64,000 nucleotides of DNA from Candidatus Methylomirabilota bacterium (GTDB lineage Bacteria; Methylomirabilota; Methylomirabilia; Rokubacteriales; CSP1-6): contig DASYTI010000107.1 in assembly GCA_036002485.1 (NCBI GenBank), positions 37,783 to 101,782 of the forward strand. Reading direction: 5' to 3'. The notes under the pieces were generated by a model that saw only the letters and a list, made by a program, of their open reading frames with translations, was not told the origin of the DNA and did no database searches. Numbering within the stretch: the first letter of the stretch is position 1; each line of letters begins with the position of its first letter. Made by a program: the position numbers and the translations under genes. Below, one piece after another: positions 43,992-54,781 of this stretch.

Positions 43992-44849
43992 TCAGAACGG
44001 GACCGATCCCCGGACGACCGTGCGCTGCAGGATGCGGCGGTGCTTGTCCATCTCGTAGTTCCGCACGGCTCGATGCAGGAGGCAGCGGTTGTCCCAGATC
44101 ACGAGGTCACCGCGCCGCCATTGGTGGACGTAGACGAACGCCGGCTGCGTCGTGTGGGCAAGGAGTCGGTCGAGGATGGCCCGGCCCTCCGCCTCCGCCA
44201 TGCCCACGACGTGTGAGGTGTGCAGGCCGAGGTAGAGCGTCTTCACCCCCGTGTCAGGGTGTGTTCGCACCAGCGGATGAGTCACCGGGGGCCGCTCGAG
44301 CGCCTCCTCCGCGGTGGCCGGGCGGCCGCCGATCTTACGCCGGCTCGCCTCCCAGCTGTGCACGACCTTGAGGTCGGCGATCTCACGCTTGGTCGCCTCC
44401 GGAAGCGCCGCGTAGCCCATGGCCGTGTTCGCGAACTGCGTGTCACCGCCCACGGGCGGCAGCTCGAGAGCGTGCAGCATGGTCAGGAGAGAGGGCGCGG
44501 CGTGGTACGACTTGTCGCTGTGCCAGAAGTAGTTGCCCCTTTCTCGCGGGGACGACGTGGGGCGATCATTCTCGTCGAGATTCTGAACCACGTGCACGAC
44601 CGGCGACCGCGCCCCGTCGGGCCGGCGGGCCACGTGCTCTTCGATGGGGCCGAAGTGGAGGGTGAGCGCGTGTTGCTGGTCCGCGGTGAGGTGCTGGTCG
44701 CGGAAGACGAGCACATAATGCTCGAGGAAGGCCCTCACGATGGCGGCCTTCAACACGGACCCCAGTGGCTCTGAGAGGTCGATACCGGCGATTTCACCGC
44801 CCGCCACCGGAGAGAGCCGTCGCACTGCCATCGTTGCCGTATCGGTCAT
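43992..44849 (-). CDS. TauD/TfdA family Fe(II)/2-oxoglutarate dioxygenase
   Basis: 285 aa. Contains IAGIDLSEPL, VLVFRDQHLT, the WHSDKSY (HxD) motif, GGDTQFAN and VIWDNRCLLH. Confidence 0.85.
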   Translation of the reverse strand: MTDTATMAVRRLSPVAGGEIAGIDLSEPLGSVLKAAIVRAFLEHYVLVFRDQHLTADQQHALTLHFGPIEEHVARRPDGARSPVVHVVQNLDENDRPTSSPRERGNYFWHSDKSYHAAPSLLTMLHALELPPVGGDTQFANTAMGYAALPEATKREIADLKVVHSWEASRRKIGGRPATAEEALERPPVTHPLVRTHPDTGVKTLYLGLHTSHVVGMAEAEGRAILDRLLAHTTQPAFVYVHQWRRGDLVIWDNRCLLHRAVRNYEMDKHRRILQRTVVRGSVPF

Positions 44850-44966
44850 GGATGGGTTCCCTCCCGGCGCGTGAGTCCCTTGATGCTACGCCGACCGACA
44901 ACAGGTAGGCAAGAGGCGGGCGCGGGCCGCCGACCGCAGCGGCCTCGTTGACAATCCCTGATCGCC

Positions 44967-46367
44967 GTGCGACAGATCGCTCTCATGCAAGAAGAGCCGA
45001 CATCTCTCCGGATCGACGACCCCGGGGTGCGGGCGCTGTTCACGGAAGCCGCGCGCTTCCAGTCCTGGCTCGACGTCGAGGCGGCCCTGGCCCAGGCGCA
45101 GGCCGAGCTGGGCATCATTCCGGACGGCGCCGCCCGCGAGATCACTCGCAAGGCGCACCTGTCGTACATCGATCTGGAAGCGGTGCGAGCCGGCCTGGCC
45201 CGCACCGGGCATCCGCTCGTGCCCCTGGTCTGGGAGCTGGACCGCGCCTGCGAAGGCGACGCCGGGGGGTATGTGCACTGGGGGGCGACGACCCAGAACG
45301 TCACGCAGACCGCCCAGCTCCTCCAGGTGCGGCGCGCCCACGACATCTTCCTTCGCCAGCTCGCGACCATCCTGACCACGCTCGCCGACCTGGCCGAGCG
45401 TACCAAGGACGTCCTCCTCCCGGGGCGCACGCACGGCCAGCACGCGGTGCCCGCGACGTTCGGCTTCAAGGTAGCGGTATGGATCGATGAGCTGGGCCGC
45501 CACGTGGAGCGGCTCTGCGGCTGTGAAGGACGCGTGTTCGTGGCCATGCTGGGAGGCGGCGCGGGAACGCTCGCCTCGCTGGGTGAGCTCGGTCTCGCCA
45601 CTCAGGAGAAGATGGCGACCCGCCTCGGGATGCGCGCCATGACCGTGCCCGCCCGCACCATCGGGGACCACCAGGCCGAGTACGTGATGTTGCTCGGCCT
45701 GCTCGCCTCCACGTGCAGCAAGATCGGGCGCGAGATCTACACCCTGATGAAGCAGGAGTTCGGCGAGCTCGAGGAGCTGGTGCCCCCCGGCACGGTGGGG
45801 AGCAGCACCATGCCGCAGAAGCGCAACCCGAAGCTCTCGCAGGACATCATGGCCGCGGCGGCGCAGATCCGGGCCCTGGTGCCCCTGGCCCTGGAAGCCA
45901 TGCAGACCGAGCACGAGGCCGACCGCACCACGAGCATCATGATGAGCCGGGCATTGGTGCAGGCCTGCGAGCTCACGGGCGACATGCTGCAGCGGCTGGT
46001 GGTGCTGCTGGACGGGCTGCAGGTGTTTCCCGAGCGGATGCGGGAGAACCTCGACCTGTCGGGCGGCCTGATCATGGCCGAGGCGCTCATGCTCGAGCTC
46101 GGCAAACAGATCGGGCGGCAGCGGGCCCACGATGCCGTCTACGACGCGGCGCAGGCCTCGGTCACCCAGGCGCGCCCGTTCCGCGAGACCCTCGCCGAAG
46201 ATCCGCACGTGAGCGCCGGTCTCACCGCCTCCCAGGTCGATGCGCTCCTCGACCCGGCCCGATACACCGGGCTCTGTCGCCACTTCGCCGAGCGGGGGGC
46301 CGTGATGGGACGCGAGATCGCGGCCGCCATCGAGCGCCGGAAGAGCGGTCGGAACCAGACCACCTGA
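44967..46367 (+). CDS. Lyase_1 (fumarase/aspartase) superfamily enzyme, adenylosuccinate lyase / 3-carboxymuconate cycloisomerase-like
   Basis: 466 aa. Signature GSSTMPQKRNP and WGATTQNV. The GTG start is uncertain, and the ATG at 44985 is an alternative. Confidence 0.85.
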   Translation: MRQIALMQEEPTSLRIDDPGVRALFTEAARFQSWLDVEAALAQAQAELGIIPDGAAREITRKAHLSYIDLEAVRAGLARTGHPLVPLVWELDRACEGDAGGYVHWGATTQNVTQTAQLLQVRRAHDIFLRQLATILTTLADLAERTKDVLLPGRTHGQHAVPATFGFKVAVWIDELGRHVERLCGCEGRVFVAMLGGGAGTLASLGELGLATQEKMATRLGMRAMTVPARTIGDHQAEYVMLLGLLASTCSKIGREIYTLMKQEFGELEELVPPGTVGSSTMPQKRNPKLSQDIMAAAAQIRALVPLALEAMQTEHEADRTTSIMMSRALVQACELTGDMLQRLVVLLDGLQVFPERMRENLDLSGGLIMAEALMLELGKQIGRQRAHDAVYDAAQASVTQARPFRETLAEDPHVSAGLTASQVDALLDPARYTGLCRHFAERGAVMGREIAAAIERRKSGRNQTT

Positions 46368-46395
46368 GGGACCACGGGCGCCCGCCGGCGTCCCA

Positions 46396-46797
46396 TCAAT
46401 CGACGACGGCGATCACCTCCACCTCGACGAGGAGATCGGGGTGGGCGAGCCGCCGTACCTCCACCGTGGTGCTCGTCGGCATGGCCCCGAAGTACTCCAT
46501 GCGGACGTCGACGTGCCGGAAGAACTCCTCGATGTCGGTGACGTAGGTATTGGTCTTCACGATGTCGGCGAGCGTGGCCCCGGCCGCGGCCAGCGCGGCC
46601 TTGACGTTCTCACCCACCTGGCGGATCTGCGCGCGCATGTCGCCGCGACCGACCGCTTCACCATCCGGATTCCGCGCGAGCTGGCCCGACACGAAGATCG
46701 TCTTCCGGCCCTCCACGACCACCACGTGGGAATACAGGACGTGCCCGCCCACCACCCTCTTGCTGAGCGACTCCGGCTGGATGTTCTGGCGTTTCAT
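46396..46797 (-). CDS. RidA/YjgF family protein
   Basis: 133 aa. Contains IFVSGQLA, NVKAALAAAGATLADIVKTNTYV and VEVEVIAV. Confidence 0.85.
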   Translation of the reverse strand: MKRQNIQPESLSKRVVGGHVLYSHVVVVEGRKTIFVSGQLARNPDGEAVGRGDMRAQIRQVGENVKAALAAAGATLADIVKTNTYVTDIEEFFRHVDVRMEYFGAMPTSTTVEVRRLAHPDLLVEVEVIAVVD

Positions 46798-46838
46798 GTG
46801 CTCTCTCCTTGGCTGCGATCTCGACGTATGATAGCGGA

Positions 46839-47735
46839 ATGCTTCCGGCCCACGGACGCTACGACTACTCGAACATCACCACGCGAGCCGACTATACCTG
46901 GCCCGGCGGACGCCGGCTCGCCGTCTACGTCGCCCTCAACATCGAGGCCTTCCGCTTCGGCGAGGGCAAGGGCGCGGCCATCGCGCCGCCGGACCAGGCG
47001 CAGAGCCACAGCATCTACAGCTGGCGGGACTACGGCAACCGCGTGGGCATCTGGCGTCTGTTCGAGCTGCTCGACGAGCTGGGGATTCCCGCCGAGGCCC
47101 AGATGAACACCGCGATCTACGAGATGGCGCCGGACGTCCCCGGACGGCTGCGCGCGCGGGGCGACGAGATCCTGGGCCACGGCGTGACCAACTCCGACGA
47201 GCAGGGTCATCTAACCGAGGACGAGGAGCGCGCGTTGATCGAGGGCGTCACCGCCACCATCGAGGGGCAGGAAGGCGCCCGCCCCATCGGCTGGATGAGC
47301 CCCTGGCTCTCCAACAGCTCGGTCACCATGGACCTGCTCCAGGAGGCGGGCTATCGGTACGTGATGGACTGGACCATGGACGATCAGCCCATCTGGATCC
47401 GCACGCGCAAGGGCCGCATCCTCGCCATGCCGTATCCGATCGAGGTGAACGACACGCGCGGGATCGTGTGGTACCGATACACCGCGGACGAGTTCGCCGA
47501 CATGATCGTCGACCAGTTCGACGAGATGCTCGCGCAGTCGGCGCGCCAGCCGCTGGTGTGCCCGATCTCGCTGCATCCGTTCGTCATCGGCCGTCCGTAC
47601 CGCATCCGCCGGCTCCGCCGGGCCCTCCAGCACATTCTCGATCACCGGGATCGCGTCTGGCTGACGCGCCCGCGCGAGATCTGCGCCCACGTCGAGTCGC
47701 TGCCCGCCGGCCTCGTCCCGGGGAGCGCGCCATGA
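46839..47735 (+). CDS. Polysaccharide deacetylase family protein (PuuE allantoinase-like)
   Basis: ORF trimmed to the ATG at 46839. Contains YTWPGGRRLAVYVALNIEAF...YSWRDYGNRVGIWRLFELLDELGIP and ILGHGVTNSD. Confidence 0.75.
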   Translation: MLPAHGRYDYSNITTRADYTWPGGRRLAVYVALNIEAFRFGEGKGAAIAPPDQAQSHSIYSWRDYGNRVGIWRLFELLDELGIPAEAQMNTAIYEMAPDVPGRLRARGDEILGHGVTNSDEQGHLTEDEERALIEGVTATIEGQEGARPIGWMSPWLSNSSVTMDLLQEAGYRYVMDWTMDDQPIWIRTRKGRILAMPYPIEVNDTRGIVWYRYTADEFADMIVDQFDEMLAQSARQPLVCPISLHPFVIGRPYRIRRLRRALQHILDHRDRVWLTRPREICAHVESLPAGLVPGSAP

Positions 47736-48988
47736 GGGAGCGTCAGATCTTCTACGGCTGGTGGGTGGTGGGGGCTTTTTCCGTCACCTCGTTCATGTCG
47801 ACAGGCGTCCGCCACGCGGTGGGGCCGTTCCTCAAGCCGATCGTCGCCGATCTGGGCCTCGATCGCGCGAGCTTCTCCGCGGTGATCGCCCTCAGCCTCT
47901 TCCTCTACGGCGTCTTCATGCCCCTCGCGGGCATGGCCCTCGACCGCTTCAGCGTGCGCGCCGTCAGCTCGGCGGGCACCCTGTTGCTCGTGATCTCCCT
48001 CGTGCTGACCGCCATGGTGCGGGACTTCTGGGAGTTCGCCGCCGTCTACGGCGTGCTGGTGCCCCTCGGCTTGGCGGGGACGGGGCCCGTGATCGCCTCC
48101 GGGGTGGTGGCGCGGTGGTTCAGCAAGCGGCGGGGCACCGCACTCTCCGTGCTCGGGAGCGCGTCGATGACCGGGATGAGCCTGCTCGTGCCCGCGGTGA
48201 CCTGGCTGATCCTCACCACCGGCTGGCGCACGACATACATGATCATCGCGGCCGGTATTCTCGTGATCGTGCTGCCCCTCTGCCTGTGGGTGGTGCGGGA
48301 CTCTCCGGAGTCGGTCGGGCTCAGCCCTGACGGTGTCATCCCAAAGGTCGGGGCCGGCGCGGTCGCCGCCGAGCGGGTGGGCGCGGGCGAGGCGCTGCAG
48401 ACCCTGGCCTTCTGGCAGCTCGCCGGCTCGTTCTTCACCTGCGGCTTTTCCATGAGCCTGCTCTCCGCGCACGGGATCCCCATGCTCACCGATCACGGGT
48501 ACTCGCCCATGTTCGCGTCGTGGGCGCTCGGCGTCCTCGGCGGCTCGAGCATCGGCTTCACGGTGATGCTCGGCGCGCTGTCCGACCGCTTCGGTCGCCG
48601 TCCCGTGCTCTCCGCCATCTACGCCGGCCGCGTCTTCATCTTTGCCGGTTTCTTCCTCATCCGCGACGACCCGACCGCGATTCTCGTCGTGGCGGTCCTC
48701 GGCGGCATCACCATGGCGGGGACGGGCTCGATGACCTCCGCCCTCACCGCGGACATCTACGGACGCTTCTCCGTCAGCTCGGTCTTCGGCCTGATCTTCC
48801 TCGTGCACCAGACGGGCTCTGCCCTCGGCTCCTGGCTCGCGGGTGCGGTCTTCGAGACGACCGGCGGCTACGGGGCGGCCTACGCGCTGGCCTGCGGGCT
48901 CCTCGTGGCCGCCTCGGTCGTCGCCCTCAAGATCGACAAGGGCGCGCGACGGATCTGGCGCGCCGCCACCGCCTCGGCGACGAACTGA
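47732..48988 (+). CDS. MFS transporter (oxalate/formate antiporter-like)
   Basis: The 3' part of track ORF 47468..48988. The ATG at 47732 overlaps the upstream stop (ATGA). N-terminus MRERQIFYGWWVVGAFSVTSFMSTG. About 12 TM segments. Confidence 0.85.
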   Translation: MRERQIFYGWWVVGAFSVTSFMSTGVRHAVGPFLKPIVADLGLDRASFSAVIALSLFLYGVFMPLAGMALDRFSVRAVSSAGTLLLVISLVLTAMVRDFWEFAAVYGVLVPLGLAGTGPVIASGVVARWFSKRRGTALSVLGSASMTGMSLLVPAVTWLILTTGWRTTYMIIAAGILVIVLPLCLWVVRDSPESVGLSPDGVIPKVGAGAVAAERVGAGEALQTLAFWQLAGSFFTCGFSMSLLSAHGIPMLTDHGYSPMFASWALGVLGGSSIGFTVMLGALSDRFGRRPVLSAIYAGRVFIFAGFFLIRDDPTAILVVAVLGGITMAGTGSMTSALTADIYGRFSVSSVFGLIFLVHQTGSALGSWLAGAVFETTGGYGAAYALACGLLVAASVVALKIDKGARRIWRAATASATN

Positions 48989-49048
48989 CGGGCTCGTCGG
49001 CCCTGGCCGCGGGCGTCGGGACCGGCGCTCACGGCGCGGTGATACTCA

Positions 49049-50698
<1,650 letters not shown>

Positions 50699-50750
50699 TT
50701 ACAATCCGACACGAGTTCGCTGGCCGAGCGTCTGTGCCCGCGGCGGCCCG

Positions 50751-51551
50751 CTAGGGTGTCACCTCGAGAGCCACGTCGCCGAGACCGTCGATGGCGAAGC
50801 GCACGCGGTCGCCCGGCGAGGGGAACTTGGTGGTGATGCTGCTACCCGTCATCACGATCATGCCTTGACCAAGCATGCGGCCGCGCCGGTTGATGAGGTT
50901 GGCCAGCCACGCCACCGCTTCGAAGGGATGGCCGAGGGCGTCGCCCGTCTTGCCCTGGCCGGCCGCCTCGTCGTTGAGCCAAGCGCGCGTCACCGCGCTC
51001 TCGAGATCGACTCCTCGCCACGCCGTCACCGGCGCCCCGAGCACCACGCCGCCATTCCAGGTGTTCTGGGCCACGAGGGTGAAGGCGTCGAGCGTCTTGT
51101 AGTCGGCTCCCCCGTCCTCCACCAGCTCGAAGGCGGGCAGGCAGGCAGCAACCCGGCCGGCCACCGACGCGCGCGTCCAGGGCCCGCCGCTCGACGGCAG
51201 ATCGTCGGCGAGGCGCACCGCCACCTCGAACTCGACGCCGAGGTGGTGATAGGCGGCGAGGTCGATCCGCGCCGGCGAGGCGTGCACAACCGTCGAGAAG
51301 ATGGCGCCGGCGGCAGGCTGGTCTACTCCGGTCATCTGCTGCATGGCCTTCGAGGTCAGGGCGATCTTCCAGCCGGCGATTTCGCCCCGCCCCGCCTCGG
51401 CCATGAGCCGGTGGAGCGCATCCTGGATGCGATAGGCGTCGTCGAGCGGCGCCGCGCGAAGGGTGGCCTCGAGGGGGCGGTAGCGAGCGCGCGTCCGATG
51501 CATCTCGAGGCACTCGCGGGCGGCGGCATCGACGGTCGCAGACGTCAGCAT
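50751..51551 (-). CDS. 2-keto-4-pentenoate hydratase-like (MhpD/FAH family) protein
   Basis: 266 aa. Contains AYRIQDAL, GWKIALTSKAMQ and a C-terminal GSSITTKFPSPGD. Lies upstream of the BVMO on the same strand. Confidence 0.75.
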   Translation of the reverse strand: MLTSATVDAAARECLEMHRTRARYRPLEATLRAAPLDDAYRIQDALHRLMAEAGRGEIAGWKIALTSKAMQQMTGVDQPAAGAIFSTVVHASPARIDLAAYHHLGVEFEVAVRLADDLPSSGGPWTRASVAGRVAACLPAFELVEDGGADYKTLDAFTLVAQNTWNGGVVLGAPVTAWRGVDLESAVTRAWLNDEAAGQGKTGDALGHPFEAVAWLANLINRRGRMLGQGMIVMTGSSITTKFPSPGDRVRFAIDGLGDVALEVTP

Positions 51552-51718
51552 TGGTCCCCCGGGCTGCGGTCAGGTTTCACGGGCCGGCGTCGAAGCGTCT
51601 TCCTTGCGGAAGCCATGACTCGGTAGAAGAGACAATGACGAGTCGTGGCTTCCCTGGCTCTATCGGCCTGACGCGGGGATCGCTCGTCCCGACGCTCTTT
51701 TGAGGGTAGTTTCCCTGG

Positions 51719-51751
51719 CACGAGGAATGCTCAATTTGCCTCGTGAGGAGG
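51719..51751 (+). promoter_or_regulatory. Hairpin abutting the Shine-Dalgarno of the repeat-lipoprotein gene
   Basis: cacgagg-N13-cctcgtg (51719-51745) is immediately followed by AGGAGG (51746-51751), 9 nt before the ATG at 51761. Confidence 0.3.
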
Positions 51752-51760
51752 AATCTACCC

Positions 51761-52435
51761 ATGTCTCAACGCATCTTCCGGATCAACACGTGTTGGCTGG
51801 TATCCCTGGCCCTCATCTCCGGTCTCCTCGGGGCCTGTGTCACGTCGGAACCCGAGGTAAGGACCGCCGTGGTTCCAGCGAGTCAGACCGTAGCGTATCC
51901 AGGGGGACAGTACAAACTCTACGGGGGCGGCACGGCCGCGTCTCCCTATTACTGGGTGTGGATCCCGACGGGGGCGACGGCGCCGCAGCCGCCGCCAGTG
52001 CCCGGGAGTCCAGTGACGCAGACCGTGGCATATCCAGGGGGACAGTACCAGCGCTACGGAAGCGGCACGGCCGCGTCTCCGTACTACTGGGTCTGGGTCC
52101 CCACGGGCGCGGTGGTCTCGGCGCCACCGGTCCCGCCGGCACTGCCCGGGAGCCCAGTGACGCAGACCGTGGCATATCCAGCGGGACAGTACCAGCTCTA
52201 CGGTAATGGCACGGCCGCGTCTCCGCACTATTGGGTATGGGTCCCGACGGGCGCGGCAGTCTCACCGGCGCCGGCCCCGCCGGCGCTGCCCGGGAGTCCA
52301 GTGACCCAGACCGTGGCATATCCAGGGGGACAGTATCAGCTCCAGGGTAACGGCACGGCCGCGTCTCCGTACTACTGGGTGTGGGTCCCCACGGGAGCCG
52401 CCACCGTTCCGCCGCCTCCGCCCCTGCCTCGCTAA
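51761..52435 (+). CDS. Tandem-repeat lipoprotein (no family recognised)
   Basis: Start placed at the ATG at 51761 with a strong AGGAGG (the track start at 51743 is a GTG within the hairpin). Lipobox LLGAC with Cys26. Followed by four repeats of roughly TQTVAYPGGQYQLYGNGTAASPYYWVWVPTGA + Pro-rich linker. Confidence 0.7.
   Translation: MSQRIFRINTCWLVSLALISGLLGACVTSEPEVRTAVVPASQTVAYPGGQYKLYGGGTAASPYYWVWIPTGATAPQPPPVPGSPVTQTVAYPGGQYQRYGSGTAASPYYWVWVPTGAVVSAPPVPPALPGSPVTQTVAYPAGQYQLYGNGTAASPHYWVWVPTGAAVSPAPAPPALPGSPVTQTVAYPGGQYQLQGNGTAASPYYWVWVPTGAATVPPPPPLPR
51875..52432 (+). repeat. In-frame tandem DNA repeat (4 units; starts 51875, 52010, 52154, 52298)
   Basis: Units begin cca g(c/t)g a(g/c)(t/g/c) cag acc gt(a/g) gc(g/a) tat cca g.g gga cag ta. 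Spacing is 135, 144 and 144 bp. Confidence 0.85.
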
Positions 52436-52458
52436 AGCAGCGTGCCCGTTCTGTCGCG

Positions 52459-52485
52459 CATCGCGGGCCAGCGCGGCCCGCGATG
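52459..52485 (+). terminator. Strong GC hairpin after the lipoprotein gene (possible intrinsic terminator, no U-tract)
   Basis: catcgcgggcc-agcgc-ggcccgcgatg, an 11-bp perfect stem, 24 nt after the stop codon. Confidence 0.35.
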
Positions 52486-52781
52486 GCGACACGGTGAGAC
52501 GCGCGGCCGCGCGTGTCGAGGGCAAGATGTCTGCGTGAAGTGAGATGGCTACGGGAGCGGAGCCCACGGGATGAAGTGCCGCCCACCTTCATCCCTGCGG
52601 GAACCACCCGTTGCTCTGGCTTTTGCCGTCCTGGCTGACCCTAGAGCGATAGATCAAGACATCGAGCGTTGCTCATGATACCCCCTCTGACATCGCTGAC
52701 CCCTGCCAGAGCCCCAACCAGAGATCAATTCGGTCGCGGGCAGTGTATATTTGGTGGTCCGGGCCTGAGCCCGGCTCCCTC

Positions 52782-53759
52782 ATGAAGATCGGCCCCGTCG
52801 AGATCTCCGAGCTCTGCCGCCTGGCGCCCATGGCCGCCATCAGCAATGCGCCGTTTCGGCTCATCGCCAAGGAGTGCGGCAGCGGACTGACCACCACGGA
52901 GGAGATGGACGCCTTCTCGCTCCTCATGGAGACCCCGCGCGCTCACGACATGGCGGAGTACTACCCGCAGGAGCGCCCGCTGGCCATGCAGCTCCTGGGC
53001 AAGGACCCGCAGGCCCTCGTGCGCGCGGCCCTCTGCTGCGAGGAGCTGGGCGCCGACATCGTCGACCTCAACATGGGCTGCCCCATGCCCAAGATCACGA
53101 GCAAGGGCAAAGGCGCCGCCCTCATGAAGGACGTGCTCGGCACGGCGCGGCTGCTGCGCGCCATGCGCCAGAGCATCGCCGTCCCCTTCACCATCAAGAT
53201 CCGCGGCGGCTGGGACGACGAGCACCTGAACGCCGTCGAGGTGGCCCGCATGGCCGAGGGGGAAGGCATCGACGCCATCACGGTGCACCCGCGCTCGCGC
53301 TCGCAGCGCTTCACGGGCAAGGCGCCGTGGGACATCATCGGCGAGGTCGTGCAGGCCGTGGGCATCCCCGTGACGGGCAATGGCGACGTTCACTCCATGG
53401 CGGAAGCGCGGCGCATGGTCGCGGAGACGGGCTGCCAGTCCGTGATGATCGGCCGGGGCGCCCTCGGCAGCCCGTGGATCTTCGACGAGGGCTTCGATGC
53501 CCTCTCCGCGGAGGAGCAGCGCGCATACAAGGACCGCGTCATTCGCCGCCACATGGCCCTCATCCAGGAGCATGGGGGCGAGCGGCACGCCTTCTCGCAG
53601 ATGAAGAAGCACCTGGCCTGGTACACGGAAGGCCTCGCCCACGCCACGGACTGCCGCGCGCGTATCTTCCAGACGCGGAGCCCCGCCGAGGTCTGGGAGG
53701 TCTTCCAGGAATACTGGGAGGCCTCGGTCCGCCGTCCCGCCGCGCCGGCCGTCGTCTAG
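52782..53759 (+). CDS. dus: tRNA-dihydrouridine synthase
   Basis: ORF trimmed to the ATG at 52782. Contains LAPMAAISNAPFRLI, VDLNMGCPMPKI, TIKIRGGWD, ITVHPRSRSQ and GNGDV. Confidence 0.9.
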   Translation: MKIGPVEISELCRLAPMAAISNAPFRLIAKECGSGLTTTEEMDAFSLLMETPRAHDMAEYYPQERPLAMQLLGKDPQALVRAALCCEELGADIVDLNMGCPMPKITSKGKGAALMKDVLGTARLLRAMRQSIAVPFTIKIRGGWDDEHLNAVEVARMAEGEGIDAITVHPRSRSQRFTGKAPWDIIGEVVQAVGIPVTGNGDVHSMAEARRMVAETGCQSVMIGRGALGSPWIFDEGFDALSAEEQRAYKDRVIRRHMALIQEHGGERHAFSQMKKHLAWYTEGLAHATDCRARIFQTRSPAEVWEVFQEYWEASVRRPAAPAVV

Positions 53760-54781
53760 GCGTCCGGCGCGACGAGCTCTCCGCGTTGCTGGCTCGTCCA
53801 GGTCCGGGAGGCTGCTTCCTTCGCGCCATGCCCTCGACGCTCCTGCCAGGCGCGCTTGAAGTGACCCGCGAGGGCGCCCAACGCAGCGAGGCTGTCGAGC
53901 ACGTTGTCGAAGGCTCCGGGTCGCCGGGCCATGCTGCGGAGAGTCGACCGGAGGAGCATGACTCCAGCGCACCGGTAGTGCCAGCGAGGGGCGCCGAAGA
54001 GGCGGGGCCCGCTCAGGGAACCGCCGGCGAGGGCCTGACCTTCAGCTTTGTCCCAGACCACCCGACGAAAATAGGCGCGGCGCAGACGGGCTCGCGGGAT
54101 TCGATGAGAGACCGTCAGCCAGGGATCGTAGACGATCCGCCGGCCCTGCCGGAGCATTCGCCGCACGATATCGGTGTCTTCCTCGCAATAGCGCCTGCGG
54201 CCAACGGGCCCCAGCATGGTGTCGAAGCCGCCGAGCGACCGGAGCGCGTCGCGCCGGAAGACCATGTTGGCGCCCCAGACCTGCGGGTAGCGGGCACCTC
54301 CGACCCGAAGTATTTCCGGCTCGGTGAACTCCATGATGGCCAGATAGTCGAGCAATCGCTCGCTCTCGAGCAGCCAGGAGGGCGGCGCTGCTTCCCATCG
54401 CGGGAGGATGCGGCCACCGGCTCCGTCGGCGGCCCAGCGATCGAGGACCTCGGCCGCCGTGGCCACCCAGTCTACCGCGGGGGACACATCGTCATCCGTC
54501 AGCGCGATGACCGCACCGCGCGCCGCTTCGATTCCGAGATTCAGAGCCCGGCTCTTGCCCAACCGCGGCGCGAACAGGTAACGAAGACGACCTCGAGACC
54601 GCGCGGTCATGGCCTGCACCAGCGCGCGGGTTCCATCCGTGGATCGATTGTCCACCACGAGAACCTCCCAGCCGAGCCCGGCGGGGGTGGCCTGCGCGAG
54701 GAGGGCATCGAGAGTTTCCCGGAGCAGAGGGGCGCGGTTGTGCGTGGCCACGATCACGGAGATGGCGACGGGCCGGGTCAC
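53756..54781 (-). CDS. Glycosyltransferase family 2
   Basis: Track ORF 53756..55045 trimmed to the GTG at 54781, which overlaps the stop of the upstream GT gene (GTGA). N-terminus VTRPVAISVIVATHNRAPLLRETLDAL, followed by ALTDDD. Confidence 0.8.
   Translation of the reverse strand: MTRPVAISVIVATHNRAPLLRETLDALLAQATPAGLGWEVLVVDNRSTDGTRALVQAMTARSRGRLRYLFAPRLGKSRALNLGIEAARGAVIALTDDDVSPAVDWVATAAEVLDRWAADGAGGRILPRWEAAPPSWLLESERLLDYLAIMEFTEPEILRVGGARYPQVWGANMVFRRDALRSLGGFDTMLGPVGRRRYCEEDTDIVRRMLRQGRRIVYDPWLTVSHRIPRARLRRAYFRRVVWDKAEGQALAGGSLSGPRLFGAPRWHYRCAGVMLLRSTLRSMARRPGAFDNVLDSLAALGALAGHFKRAWQERRGHGAKEAASRTWTSQQRGELVAPDA

Noticed and set aside
51840-52607. 255-aa minus-strand ORF opposite the repeat lipoprotein
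   Set aside because: It is an antisense reading of the tandem repeat, so it is itself repetitive. It has no start context. The plus-strand frame has an SD sequence, a lipobox and a coherent repeat structure.
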